Source: Prevotellaceae bacterium UBA6417
GTDB lineage: Bacteria; Bacteroidota; Bacteroidia; Bacteroidales; Bacteroidaceae
Direction of reading: 5' to 3'
NCBI GenBank assembly: GCA_002439755.1
Contig: DJPH01000014.1
Span: forward strand, 18,577 to 82,576
Length of the DNA: 64,000 nucleotides
The first letter of the stretch is position 1, and every line of letters starts with the position of its first letter. The notes beneath the pieces were generated by a model. That model had not been told where the DNA came from. It searched no databases and was given only the letters and a program-made list of their open reading frames with translations. Below, piece after piece: positions 30,668-39,399 of this stretch. Made by a program: the position numbers and the translations under genes.

Positions 30668-30903
30668 TCCTTGATTTAGGTTGACTCGGATTTGAGCCGG
30701 GTCCAGGCAAATGTTGACTCCGGCTTGACGTTATTACCGATTGAGGTTGCTTTCATCCTTGTCCCTGTTTGGGGTCGCTTCACCGGATATTATCCCGTTC
30801 TGGGACTGACTTGATGGCGTAACGTGAAAGGGAGAACGACAGGACAAACAGCCTTTTCTTTCAGAAAAAGGCCTTGCTCGGCTTTTGTGTAAGCAAGAAT
30901 TAT

Positions 30904-30911
30904 TATATTTG
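30904..30911 (+). promoter_or_regulatory. -7 box (TATATTTG) upstream of the ATG at 30969
   Basis: Exact TAnnTTTG, 58 nt upstream of the ATG that opens a signal-peptide-like ORF. Confidence 0.5.
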
Positions 30912-30968
30912 CAGCTGAAAGATTACAGGGAGCTTTCATTCACTCAGATTTCATTATTAATTCATAAT

Positions 30969-31022
30969 ATGAGAAGATACATTTATTTATTGACACTCCT
31001 GCTATTGTGCCCCCCCTTTTGA
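30969..31022 (+). other. 17-codon ORF encoding the N-terminal part of a signal peptide (MRRYIYLLTLLLLCPPF*), out of frame with the downstream 1,499-codon ORF
   Basis: Direct translation. The frame breaks at the C7 tract, and one extra C would fuse it to the long ORF. Confidence 0.6.
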
Positions 31023-34000
31023 GTGCGGCTAAGGCAGATGACAATGTACCCAAGGCGGATATATTGGACGTCGTATTTAACAGTGACGGAACTGCAGTCG
31101 ACATTTCGCCGATGCAGAACGAAGTGCAGGTAATCGGCCAGTCGGCCATTGAGGTCTACTTCAACGAGACTTACAAAATGAACATTCCACGGTTTACCAA
31201 TCCGTGGAGCGGTACTGCAACACACTATTACAAGGTGGATTATGAAAACAACGAGGCATTCAAGTCGGCTTTGGCCGATGGCCATACCTTAGAAACCCTG
31301 GTCAAGGCAGACTATAGTGGTTCTCTTCCCAACAAAGAATGCAAACCTTTCAGTTCGCACCAGACTGGTGGTACAGGCCTGATGCTTTGTAAAACGGGCA
31401 AGAGTGTTAATGGTGGAAACGAATTTACGTTCCTTCCTTATATTGGCGAGTCTTATCGTTATACAGTTAGCGGTGTAACGCCTCAACCTAAGATATTCTA
31501 TCATGTTGTAGGCGTGTGGAACAAAGAAGAAGGCAAAACCTATATATACGTAGATGGTGAATTAAAAGGAACTACCGAAGTAGAAGGCGAGTTCAAATTT
31601 CCTACTGCCAAAAGCGGCTGGTTTGGCATCGGCTGCGACCCATCCGGCAATAAAGGTAATACTTCTTGGACAGGTGAGGTAGCTATTGCGCGCATCTATA
31701 ACGACCCTCTTACGGCAGACCAGGTGGCTGCCCTATACAAGCAAGTAGATGTCGGTGTTGATTATTCGCAGATGCTCCAGAATACGATAGACAGCATTGT
31801 TTCCATCGATCAGAAATATGCCATTGGCAATGACCCCGGCTGCTATACGCAAGAAGTGTTTGATAAGTACAATGCAGCTTATCTTGATGTTTTCCAAAAG
31901 GCACAGAATGCGGCCTACAATGGAGTTAACAAGGAAGAATACGAGATGTTGCGTTCACAGTTGCTCAATGCCTACAATGAGCTTCAGACGCAATATAATC
32001 CGTTGGCCGAAGGCTATTATTATATCGTAAGCAAGCAAGCCGCGTTTGCATCTCTTCAACCTGACGTGCAGAAGGCAATGTATGCCAAGGCCGACAGCAG
32101 GCTGTATTGGGGAAATCTAGACATGCAGAAGGCAATGTATGCCTTCCATCTTCGTAAGACCGACGATGGCAACTTTACCATCCAGAATGTTGCCACGAAA
32201 GAATATATCCGCTGTGTGACTGACGAAACGGGACACCATACCGACGCCTCCAGCTTTCAGGTTGAGCTTTCCAAAGAGCCGGATGCCAGCTACGAACAAT
32301 TCGTCAGATTCCTTGGCGTAGGTCAGTTCAACATCGGCAACACGGGCAATTCCCGCCCCTACAACGCTGACGGCAATCAGAGCGGCTATGGAATAAGCGG
32401 ACGCGTGACCACATGGAACGGAGCTCTCAATAGCGAGTCTGCCTGGGCTTTCAGCCGCATCACCGACGATGCACTAATCAAAGAATTTGAAGAAAACGGA
32501 GCAAAGCAGGTAATGGCCGACAGACTGCAGGATGCCATCACTGCAGCTCGTACATCAAGTGCCAAGGCCTATGACTATACCAAGCTCATCACTGATGCGG
32601 GGCAGATATCCTCAAATGCACAAAGTACAACCAACGGATCTACATATGCGGGGTTGATAGATGGACAAAGCGTAACCATCTTCCATTCTGTTTGGGACGG
32701 AACTTTCGCCACACCTCAGGTCGAAGGCCTTGGATGGCATAACCTGCAATTCAATATAGGTCGCCCTGTAAGCAAGATTAAATTCCATTTTGATGGCCGC
32801 GACAACTCAGACGGCTATCACGACAATCCCACCCACATCACCCTATATGCTACCAACGATGACAATCTTGGTGCCAGCACCGCTGCAGCCGATTCGGCCA
32901 TGTGGACTGAAATCGTAGATATGGGGCAGAAAGAATACGGTTTCCCCGGAGACCAAAACCTTGTGTCGTATGACTCTCCCGAGATAGACCTCAAGGGCTC
33001 TTACAAGTATCTTCGCTTTGTGGTGAAGCATGTGTCTACGCAGGAAACAAAGCGTGTCAACAAGTTTGCCACACCGAGCGTTACCGGTGTCACATTCAAC
33101 TTGAGCGAATTCCAAATCTATGATGCCGTACCGGCCGCTACTTCCGAATACTACAAAGTGCCTGGCATGAAAGAAGCTTGCGATGCGCTCGATGCTCTTA
33201 TCTCAGCTGCACAAGAAAAGATGACAAACCTTACTGTGACAGAGGAAGACATCCGTGCCATAGAAGAACAAGCCGTCAAGATAGAGGCACTCTATGTAGA
33301 CCGCGAATTCTTTGGCAATCAACTTGCAACGTTGCTTCAACGTGCCGATGGACTTTATAATGAAGTGCGTGGAACGAGTGTTCCGCTTGTGCTCAACGCA
33401 TCACAGCTGAGCACCAACAGCGTCAGTTCGTCCGATTATGGAAGTCTCGAACATCTGATAGATGGCCAGATAGACCAAAAACACAATTTCCACTCGGTAT
33501 GGATTACTGACCCGATGAAGAATGCCAACATCACTCCCGAAGAGTGGGAGGCTGCCATGGCTTCTGCCGGAAAGACCTTCGTAGGTCATGGCTATCATAA
33601 CCTGCAAGTAAAATTGAACGAACCGCAGTCCAAGTTCTGGTTTGAATATTACAGCCGCACGGGCGATTCCTATATCGACAATCCGAACGACATAGAGATT
33701 TATGTCACAAACGACGATGAGCTGGGTGCCACCCCTGACCAGGCCGATATAGACAAGTGGACCCGCATTACCGAGCTGACCGAAGGCTTCCCCGGTGTGG
33801 TGGCAGGTGTCCGTTATGTCTCTCCCGAAATAGACCTTGGAGACAGTTATAAGTATATTCGCTTTGTCATCAAGAACACGGCCATGGTCGGCACTGTATC
33901 CAATCGCACATTCGCAAATCCCGAAGTAACCGGCATTACCTGGAGCATCGGTGAAATGCAGCTGTATTCAGGCCTTAGTCCGGAACGTTGCCAATACAAC

Positions 34001-35506
34001 TATATAGCGGGAATGAAAGAGGCTTGCGATGCCATGAAAGCCCTCTACGATGAAGGCAGCAAGATGGAAAAACTGCAGATGGTCAATAGTGAGTTCAACG
34101 ACAAGTTTAGTGCCGCCATTGAGGCTGTTGTTGCCCTGTATGCCGATACTACCGAGTTGGTTCAGCTCTATAAGGAAAAGAAACTCTATGGAGCCAATAC
34201 TATAGTTGATGCAACCGAGATAGGTTGCCTTAACAGCGAGGAAAACCTTGTTGCATACAACGAAGCCATTGATGCCGCAAGAGCCTCCGTCGATAGCAAA
34301 AAGCCCGAGAAGGCCTCAATTGCCAAAGCCGTAGAAGATATAAAAGTCGCCTATACTACATTGATGGGTAATATAAACAAAGTAGAGACCGGCAAGTGGT
34401 ACTATATCGTTAGCAAGTCCAATTTGGCCTATTGTGCCGATAAAGCCATCTATATGAAAACGGCCAATAATGGCTCGACTATCAGCTTCGGCCTTTATAC
34501 GGCAGACGACGGTGCCACCTATACTGAGAATCCTTATGCCATGTGGCGCATCGTTCCCATAGAGGGCACAAGCTACTATAGCATCCAGAACCTGGGTACG
34601 GCTCACAATTTTGGTCCGTCATTGGGCAAAGGAACTGACTATAAAGTTCTCGTACAGAACGAGCCTTCTCCCTATCGCATCGATTACATAGGAAAAGGCC
34701 AGATACAGATGGTGTCCATCAACGATGACAACAAAGAGGGACATCAGATACATGCACAGGAAGATGGTAGCGTAATCGTTCCTTGGTCTACAGGTCTTGA
34801 TGGTGCTTCTTGCTGGACATTCAAAGAAGTAGATGCCGGTAGCATTGCCGCAGCTTTCCCTGTAAAGGAAAACAGCATCCGCATCCAGACACTGCCTTAT
34901 GACGTGCCTGCCGGTGTTACGTCCATCATGAATCTAAACGACGGCATCCAGACTTATGCTGTGAAGAACCTGACAATCGACGAAGCTACCAATACTACTA
35001 CACTTGAACTCACCTTGCAGGAAGAGGTCAAGGCTGGTGTGCCCTTTATATTGCAGTGTGGCGATTATAAGGCTTACAGTGCTGACGCTATAGATCGGTA
35101 CTTCCTCACTCCGCTGCCCGAAGAGGTAAGTTCTGCGGCTTCCGAAGCCAACGGCCTTATAGGAACGCTTGACGGTCTGACATTGAATAAGTCAGGTTTC
35201 GGCTATATCGACAATGACGGTCTGAAGGCTACCACATCGGCAGCATTCAGCATTGCAGGCCAACGTGGTTACATCGATCCTTCCAAGGTGAAAGCCGCTG
35301 AAGGCACCACCGACTTGGTTCTGACACTTGAAGGCGGCCTTATCAATGGTATCCAGACTGCTCAAGTAGCCAAGGCCACAGACAAAGTGAATGTCTACTC
35401 TGTGGATGGTAAGCTGATAAAGCGCAATGTGAAAGCTACAGAAGCATGCAAAGGCTTGAAGAAGGGCGTTTATATCATCGGCAAGCACAAAGTTGCCGTG
35501 AAGTAA
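31007..35506 (+). CDS. large T9SS-sorted lectin-like surface protein (LamG-like, 2x discoidin/F5-8C-like and 2x YYIVSK modules, C-terminal T9SS sorting domain); frameshifted relative to its signal peptide
   Basis: LamG-type segment (YHVVGVWNKEEGKTYIYVDGELKG...EVAIARIYNDPLTADQV). Two paralogous modules run about 32585-33225 and 33390-34070 (LIDGQ...FHSVW...HNLQ...YKY(L/I)RFV(V/I)K...(V/I)TG(V/I)T...E(F/M)Q(I/L)Y). The C-terminal VNVYSVDGKLIKRNV...LKKGVYIIGKHKVAVK matches the T9SS CTD pattern. The ORF as sequenced starts at GTG 31007 and has no signal peptide. Confidence 0.7.
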   Translation: MPPLLSAAKADDNVPKADILDVVFNSDGTAVDISPMQNEVQVIGQSAIEVYFNETYKMNIPRFTNPWSGTATHYYKVDYENNEAFKSALADGHTLETLVKADYSGSLPNKECKPFSSHQTGGTGLMLCKTGKSVNGGNEFTFLPYIGESYRYTVSGVTPQPKIFYHVVGVWNKEEGKTYIYVDGELKGTTEVEGEFKFPTAKSGWFGIGCDPSGNKGNTSWTGEVAIARIYNDPLTADQVAALYKQVDVGVDYSQMLQNTIDSIVSIDQKYAIGNDPGCYTQEVFDKYNAAYLDVFQKAQNAAYNGVNKEEYEMLRSQLLNAYNELQTQYNPLAEGYYYIVSKQAAFASLQPDVQKAMYAKADSRLYWGNLDMQKAMYAFHLRKTDDGNFTIQNVATKEYIRCVTDETGHHTDASSFQVELSKEPDASYEQFVRFLGVGQFNIGNTGNSRPYNADGNQSGYGISGRVTTWNGALNSESAWAFSRITDDALIKEFEENGAKQVMADRLQDAITAARTSSAKAYDYTKLITDAGQISSNAQSTTNGSTYAGLIDGQSVTIFHSVWDGTFATPQVEGLGWHNLQFNIGRPVSKIKFHFDGRDNSDGYHDNPTHITLYATNDDNLGASTAAADSAMWTEIVDMGQKEYGFPGDQNLVSYDSPEIDLKGSYKYLRFVVKHVSTQETKRVNKFATPSVTGVTFNLSEFQIYDAVPAATSEYYKVPGMKEACDALDALISAAQEKMTNLTVTEEDIRAIEEQAVKIEALYVDREFFGNQLATLLQRADGLYNEVRGTSVPLVLNASQLSTNSVSSSDYGSLEHLIDGQIDQKHNFHSVWITDPMKNANITPEEWEAAMASAGKTFVGHGYHNLQVKLNEPQSKFWFEYYSRTGDSYIDNPNDIEIYVTNDDELGATPDQADIDKWTRITELTEGFPGVVAGVRYVSPEIDLGDSYKYIRFVIKNTAMVGTVSNRTFANPEVTGITWSIGEMQLYSGLSPERCQYNYIAGMKEACDAMKALYDEGSKMEKLQMVNSEFNDKFSAAIEAVVALYADTTELVQLYKEKKLYGANTIVDATEIGCLNSEENLVAYNEAIDAARASVDSKKPEKASIAKAVEDIKVAYTTLMGNINKVETGKWYYIVSKSNLAYCADKAIYMKTANNGSTISFGLYTADDGATYTENPYAMWRIVPIEGTSYYSIQNLGTAHNFGPSLGKGTDYKVLVQNEPSPYRIDYIGKGQIQMVSINDDNKEGHQIHAQEDGSVIVPWSTGLDGASCWTFKEVDAGSIAAAFPVKENSIRIQTLPYDVPAGVTSIMNLNDGIQTYAVKNLTIDEATNTTTLELTLQEEVKAGVPFILQCGDYKAYSADAIDRYFLTPLPEEVSSAASEANGLIGTLDGLTLNKSGFGYIDNDGLKATTSAAFSIAGQRGYIDPSKVKAAEGTTDLVLTLEGGLINGIQTAQVAKATDKVNVYSVDGKLIKRNVKATEACKGLKKGVYIIGKHKVAVK
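31010..31016 (+). repeat. C7 homopolymer at the frame junction
   Basis: Seven consecutive C (31010-31016) followed by T4. Confidence 0.95.
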
Positions 35507-35520
35507 GCCAACTTGATTAT

Positions 35521-35560
35521 ACAAAGAAGAGCGTGTCATTTCTGACACGCTCTTCTTTGT
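35521..35560. terminator. perfect 18-bp-stem hairpin terminator
   Basis: ACAAAGAAGAGCGTGTCA - TTTC - TGACACGCTCTTCTTTGT, 15 nt after the stop at 35506. It lies between convergent genes. Confidence 0.75.
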
Positions 35561-35676
35561 ATTTGTACTTGCCATGATTACCGAACCGCTTGTCCGGCCT
35601 TATATTTTTCAGCCTTTCTCTTCCGATTGCCGGCCTTACGTTTGTAAAAGGCTTTGTTCGAGTTGCTGCCAGGTGG

Positions 35677-36576
35677 TTACACCAAAGTCTCGATAGCCGT
35701 CTCGCGGTCACCCGGCAGGTAGTCTACGACAGGTATTTCTATCATGGTGTAGCATCCGGGCTGCTGCCGCATGGAAGCTCTTGCAACATTTACCAATACT
35801 TGCCCTGTCAATGCAGGGTTGTTGATGCTCATGTTAAACTCCATGCGTTGGTTTTGTGTCTTTCCGCTTACTCCTTTCCTCACAAGGTGCACACCGTGTC
35901 CCATGTCGCGGACATCATCCACCGAAGAGACCTGAAATACATGTGTTTCATCGTTGGCAAAATACGGGTCGGCCTTGATGTCTTTGGCAACATCGTCAAG
36001 TTTTGCACCTTCTTCTAATTCCACATAAACCATGCGGCGGTGTATGCCTTCGCCTTTCGGGATAGTCATTGACAGAGCTTCTTTTACGCCGTTTTTGCTC
36101 CTTACACATACAGAATGCCCCATACTCATTCCCGGCCCGAAGTTGGTATAGCTTAATCCTTTAGGGGCAAGACTCTGCATGAGTGCTCTGACAATGCTGT
36201 CGGAACCCGGATCCCATCCGGCAGCTATGACGGCAACCGCGTCATATTGTTTGCATATCGGCATCAGGCTGTTGCGGTAGCCGAGTATCTGTGTGTGGAT
36301 GTCGAAGCTGTCGACTGTGTTGATGCCCATGGCCAGTATCTTTTTTGCCTGCTCCTCACACGAGCGGGTCGGTGTGGCCAGAATAGCCACGTCGACATCT
36401 TTCAATTCACGGATGTCGCTAACGACTTCGTATGTTGCCAGCTCCGCAGGCTTGTCTTGTGCTCCCTGACGGCGCACAATGCCAGCAATTTCAAAATCGG
36501 GTGCGGCCTCCAGTGCCTGGATGGCAAAGCGTCCGATGTTGCCGTAACCGATTACGGCTGCTCTTGTCTTCTTCAT
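35677..36576 (-). CDS. ddh: meso-diaminopimelate D-dehydrogenase
   Basis: 299 aa with the N-terminal Rossmann motif AVIGYGNIGR. The overall pattern is typical of Bacteroidales Ddh. Confidence 0.8.
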   Translation of the reverse strand: MKKTRAAVIGYGNIGRFAIQALEAAPDFEIAGIVRRQGAQDKPAELATYEVVSDIRELKDVDVAILATPTRSCEEQAKKILAMGINTVDSFDIHTQILGYRNSLMPICKQYDAVAVIAAGWDPGSDSIVRALMQSLAPKGLSYTNFGPGMSMGHSVCVRSKNGVKEALSMTIPKGEGIHRRMVYVELEEGAKLDDVAKDIKADPYFANDETHVFQVSSVDDVRDMGHGVHLVRKGVSGKTQNQRMEFNMSINNPALTGQVLVNVARASMRQQPGCYTMIEIPVVDYLPGDRETAIETLV

Positions 36577-36761
36577 GGGTTGCTAGGTTATTGTTGTTTG
36601 TGGCAGCAGTTTTCGGCATGATGCTTCATGCTTAGCCACATGATGATATTACAGGCTGCAAATTTCGGCATTTTCAAAGTAGCTGATAGGCCGCAGGCCT
36701 TAAAAACGCTTAACTTCATATGGCTTTTGCCCTGCTGTTTCCACGAATGATAGAATTGCTG

Positions 36762-36769
36762 TACCTTTG
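36762..36769 (+). promoter_or_regulatory. -7 box (TACCTTTG) for the EamA gene
   Basis: Exact TAnnTTTG. It overlaps the TTG start of the longer ORF, which argues for the ATG at 36791. Confidence 0.5.
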
Positions 36770-36790
36770 CACTCTAAAAGTATTAATAAG

Positions 36791-37711
36791 ATGATGTGGG
36801 TTGCTTTAGCTTTTCTTTCTGCGGCCTTATTAGGCTTCTATGATGTTTTCAAGAAGCATTCATTACGCGATAATGCCGTGATACCGGTATTATTGCTGAA
36901 CACCTTTTTCTGTTCTTTGATATTTGTGCCGTTCATTGTCGCTTCGTCTGCCGGCTTTTTGTCGCCACACTCATTCTTTTTCGTTGAAAGTGGTGGTTGG
37001 GCAATGCACAAGTACATTCTTTTAAAGGCTGTGATTGTGTTAAGCTCTTGGGCGTTGGGTTATATGGGCATCAAGAATCTTCCCATTACCATCGTTGGCC
37101 CCATCAACGCCACACGGCCGGTAATGGTGCTGTTGGGCGCATTGCTTGTCTTTGGCGAGCGGCTTAACCTAATGCAGTGGGTGGGCGTGTGTTTTGCCAT
37201 CTTTTCCTTTTTCCTGTTGAGCCGCAGTGGAAAGCGTGAGGGCATTCGCTTTTCTCATAATCGCTGGATACTTTGTGTGGTCCTTGCAGCCGTTTTAGGT
37301 GCTGTGAGCGGACTTTACGACAAGTACCTGCTGTCACCGGTAGAGCAGGGCGGCATAGGACTTGACAAAATGGCCGTGCAGGGATGGTATAACCTGTATC
37401 AGTGCGGAATGATGCTGATAGTGTTTTTCACGGTGTGGTTTCCTTTTCGTAAGAAGGCAGTGCCTTTTCGTTGGGATTGGTGCATTGTCTTGATTTCCTT
37501 GTTCCTTTCGTTGGCCGATTTTGTATATTTCTATGCCTTGAGCCTGCCTGATGCCATGATATCCATAGTGTCAATGATAAGGAGGGGCAGTGTGGTTGTA
37601 TCGTTCCTTTTTGGTGCGATGTGGTTCAAGGAAAAGAATCTTCGTGCCAAATCCATAGATTTGTTGCTGGTGCTTGTCAGCATGTTGTTCCTTTGGTTAG
37701 GCACGAGGTAG
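36791..37711 (+). CDS. EamA/DMT-family transporter
   Basis: About 10 predicted transmembrane helices and two EamA-like halves. Confidence 0.7.
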   Translation: MMWVALAFLSAALLGFYDVFKKHSLRDNAVIPVLLLNTFFCSLIFVPFIVASSAGFLSPHSFFFVESGGWAMHKYILLKAVIVLSSWALGYMGIKNLPITIVGPINATRPVMVLLGALLVFGERLNLMQWVGVCFAIFSFFLLSRSGKREGIRFSHNRWILCVVLAAVLGAVSGLYDKYLLSPVEQGGIGLDKMAVQGWYNLYQCGMMLIVFFTVWFPFRKKAVPFRWDWCIVLISLFLSLADFVYFYALSLPDAMISIVSMIRRGSVVVSFLFGAMWFKEKNLRAKSIDLLLVLVSMLFLWLGTR

Positions 37712-38471
37712 GTGCTTCGGATGTAAGGAAAATGCTGTCGGGATATTCAATGTTTTCGAGGAACAAACCGCAGGCAGGCATGCTTTCTCCCGAAGCCCGA
37801 CGGTCTCCGGCAAGAATGATTTGTTCAAAGTCTTCGAGTGTCAGTTTGTGCTTGCCTACATCGATGAGTGTTCCTACAACGGCTCGTACCATATTGCGTA
37901 GGAAGCGGTCGGCAGTGATTTCAAAGTACCAGGATTGCCGGCCGTTTTGAAACCAACGAGCCTGTGTGAGATGGCAAATGTTGGTTTTGTTGTCAGAACC
38001 CGTCTTGCAGAAACTTCCGAAATCAGTGTGCTTCATAAGCAGCGTGCCGGCTTGATTCATTATATCAAAGTCAAGCGGATAGTAGAACCGGCACGAAAAA
38101 GGTCTGTTGAAAGGGTCTTTTGTGAGTGAAAGGTAGTAGTGGTATGTTCTGGCCGTTGCGCTGAACCGTGCATGTGCGTCGTTTGTAACAGGGCATACCG
38201 AATAGATCGAAATGTCTTGAGGCAGCAGACAATTCAGCTTGAAGCAGAGCCATTGGCAGTCTATCTGAGACTCACTATCAAAATGAGCTGCCATGAAGCG
38301 GGCATGGACACCTGTGTCAGTGCGGCCGGCACCTATTATGGAAACCTTATGCCCCAATGGCACTTGCAGGGCATCTTCAATCTTCTCCTGTACGCTGACG
38401 GCATTGGGCTGTCGCTGCCAGCCGTGGTAGAGTGTGCCATCGTAAGAGAGCAATATGAAATAGCGATACAT
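37677..38471 (-). CDS. truA: tRNA pseudouridine(38-40) synthase
   Basis: YDGTLYHGWQRQ and the catalytic GAGRTDTGVHA motif. Its 3' end overlaps the convergent EamA gene by 35 nt. Confidence 0.9.
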   Translation of the reverse strand: MYRYFILLSYDGTLYHGWQRQPNAVSVQEKIEDALQVPLGHKVSIIGAGRTDTGVHARFMAAHFDSESQIDCQWLCFKLNCLLPQDISIYSVCPVTNDAHARFSATARTYHYYLSLTKDPFNRPFSCRFYYPLDFDIMNQAGTLLMKHTDFGSFCKTGSDNKTNICHLTQARWFQNGRQSWYFEITADRFLRNMVRAVVGTLIDVGKHKLTLEDFEQIILAGDRRASGESMPACGLFLENIEYPDSIFLTSEAPTSCLTKGTTC

Positions 38472-38485
38472 GAAAACTGTTGTAT

Positions 38486-39310
38486 TTATCTTACGGTGAT
38501 GTGGTAGCAGCCCTGTTTGACTTCGTATTTGACGTAGCAGAGCCCTTGTTTTCTCAGGTCGTTGAGCACTTCCGAGAGAATGAACTTCAAGGTGTCGTTG
38601 CGTGTTTGGTATACGGGAGGTTGGTCGGGGTCTTGTACGGCGTGGTACTTGTTGTAGCTAATGTCAAAAGTGGTTCCGTGGCAGTGGCAGCTGTTTTCTG
38701 AGGCATTGCCATTGAAGCGGCGCAGGTCGGCCACATCCTTTTTGGTGCGTGTGATGGAAGTTACCATGATAAGGCTGGGGCGCACGTGCTTCACCAATTG
38801 TGAATCCAAGAAGTTTCGTCCAATCTTTGTAAGGAGCAATTGGGCGCGTGGAACAAGGTATGGAATTGAATTGTAAAGTTTCTTGACGAAATAGTACGGG
38901 CTGTTGCCGATATAGACAAGGCTGTCCTTGCAGTGCTCGGCGGCGTTACGGTCGGCTACGGGAGCCACACCCAGCCGTTTGGCTGTGGCCAGTTGGATGT
39001 CGTTGATGTCGGGAAAGCATTTTGCATAGTCGGACACGCTGTATATCTTGTGCTTGTTTCCCTTGCCCGACAAAGTCAGGTCGGGATGCAGCCGGTGGGG
39101 GGCTTTCAGTAACGAATCGGTGAAAAGCCCGTGGCGGGTGATGGAATCTGTGACCGTCGTTTCTTTTTTTGTTTCTTCAGTATTTGCCGTCAAAGGGATG
39201 ACAGGGCGCATAACAGACGGGAATATGATCCTGACAAGGAACAATACGAATACTATTCCGAAAAAGAGATATGTATAATGCTTTTTGCGAATGCGAAAAG
39301 GAAAGTTCAT
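38486..39310 (-). CDS. membrane-anchored protein with a VanY/M15 (LAS)-like metallopeptidase motif
   Basis: N-terminal transmembrane segment. SCHCHGTTFD fits the S-x-H-x-x-G-x-x-x-D zinc site of VanY-type peptidases. The start is set at MNFPF because an exact -7 box lies inside the longer ORF. Confidence 0.4.
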   Translation of the reverse strand: MNFPFRIRKKHYTYLFFGIVFVLFLVRIIFPSVMRPVIPLTANTEETKKETTVTDSITRHGLFTDSLLKAPHRLHPDLTLSGKGNKHKIYSVSDYAKCFPDINDIQLATAKRLGVAPVADRNAAEHCKDSLVYIGNSPYYFVKKLYNSIPYLVPRAQLLLTKIGRNFLDSQLVKHVRPSLIMVTSITRTKKDVADLRRFNGNASENSCHCHGTTFDISYNKYHAVQDPDQPPVYQTRNDTLKFILSEVLNDLRKQGLCYVKYEVKQGCYHITVR

Positions 39311-39324
39311 GGATTGCAGTGAAA

Positions 39325-39332
39325 CTTTGAAA
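39325..39332 (-). promoter_or_regulatory. -7 box (TACTTTTG) for the M15-like gene
   Basis: Exact TAnnTTTG on the minus strand, 14 nt upstream of the ATG at 39310. Confidence 0.45.
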
Positions 39333-39376
39333 GGCAAAAGTACACAAAAATATGGTTTGTTCTAAAAGGATTTCCG

Positions 39377-39384
39377 TATTTTTG
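39377..39384 (+). promoter_or_regulatory. -7 box (TATTTTTG) for phoH
   Basis: Exact TAnnTTTG, 15 nt upstream of the ATG at 39400. It is divergent from the previous box. Confidence 0.5.
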
Positions 39385-39399
39385 CAGAAAATAGGCTGA

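Noticed and set aside
30461-30710. ORFs reading through arrays C, D, A and B (30461..30667, 30483..30710, 56092..56444, 56157..56432, 4946..5224, 5009..5401), which encode HIAPCDLYTS-like repeats.
   Set aside because: The open frames are a by-product of the 45-nt (15-codon) double-unit periodicity. They overlap one another on both strands, have no promoter or start context, and their peptides simply mirror the DNA repeat.
36577-36766. A possible lysine riboswitch in the roughly 190-nt leader region upstream of ddh.
   Set aside because: Only a 6-bp hairpin (GCATGA/TCATGC) is present. None of the conserved L-box helices or core motifs could be recognised.
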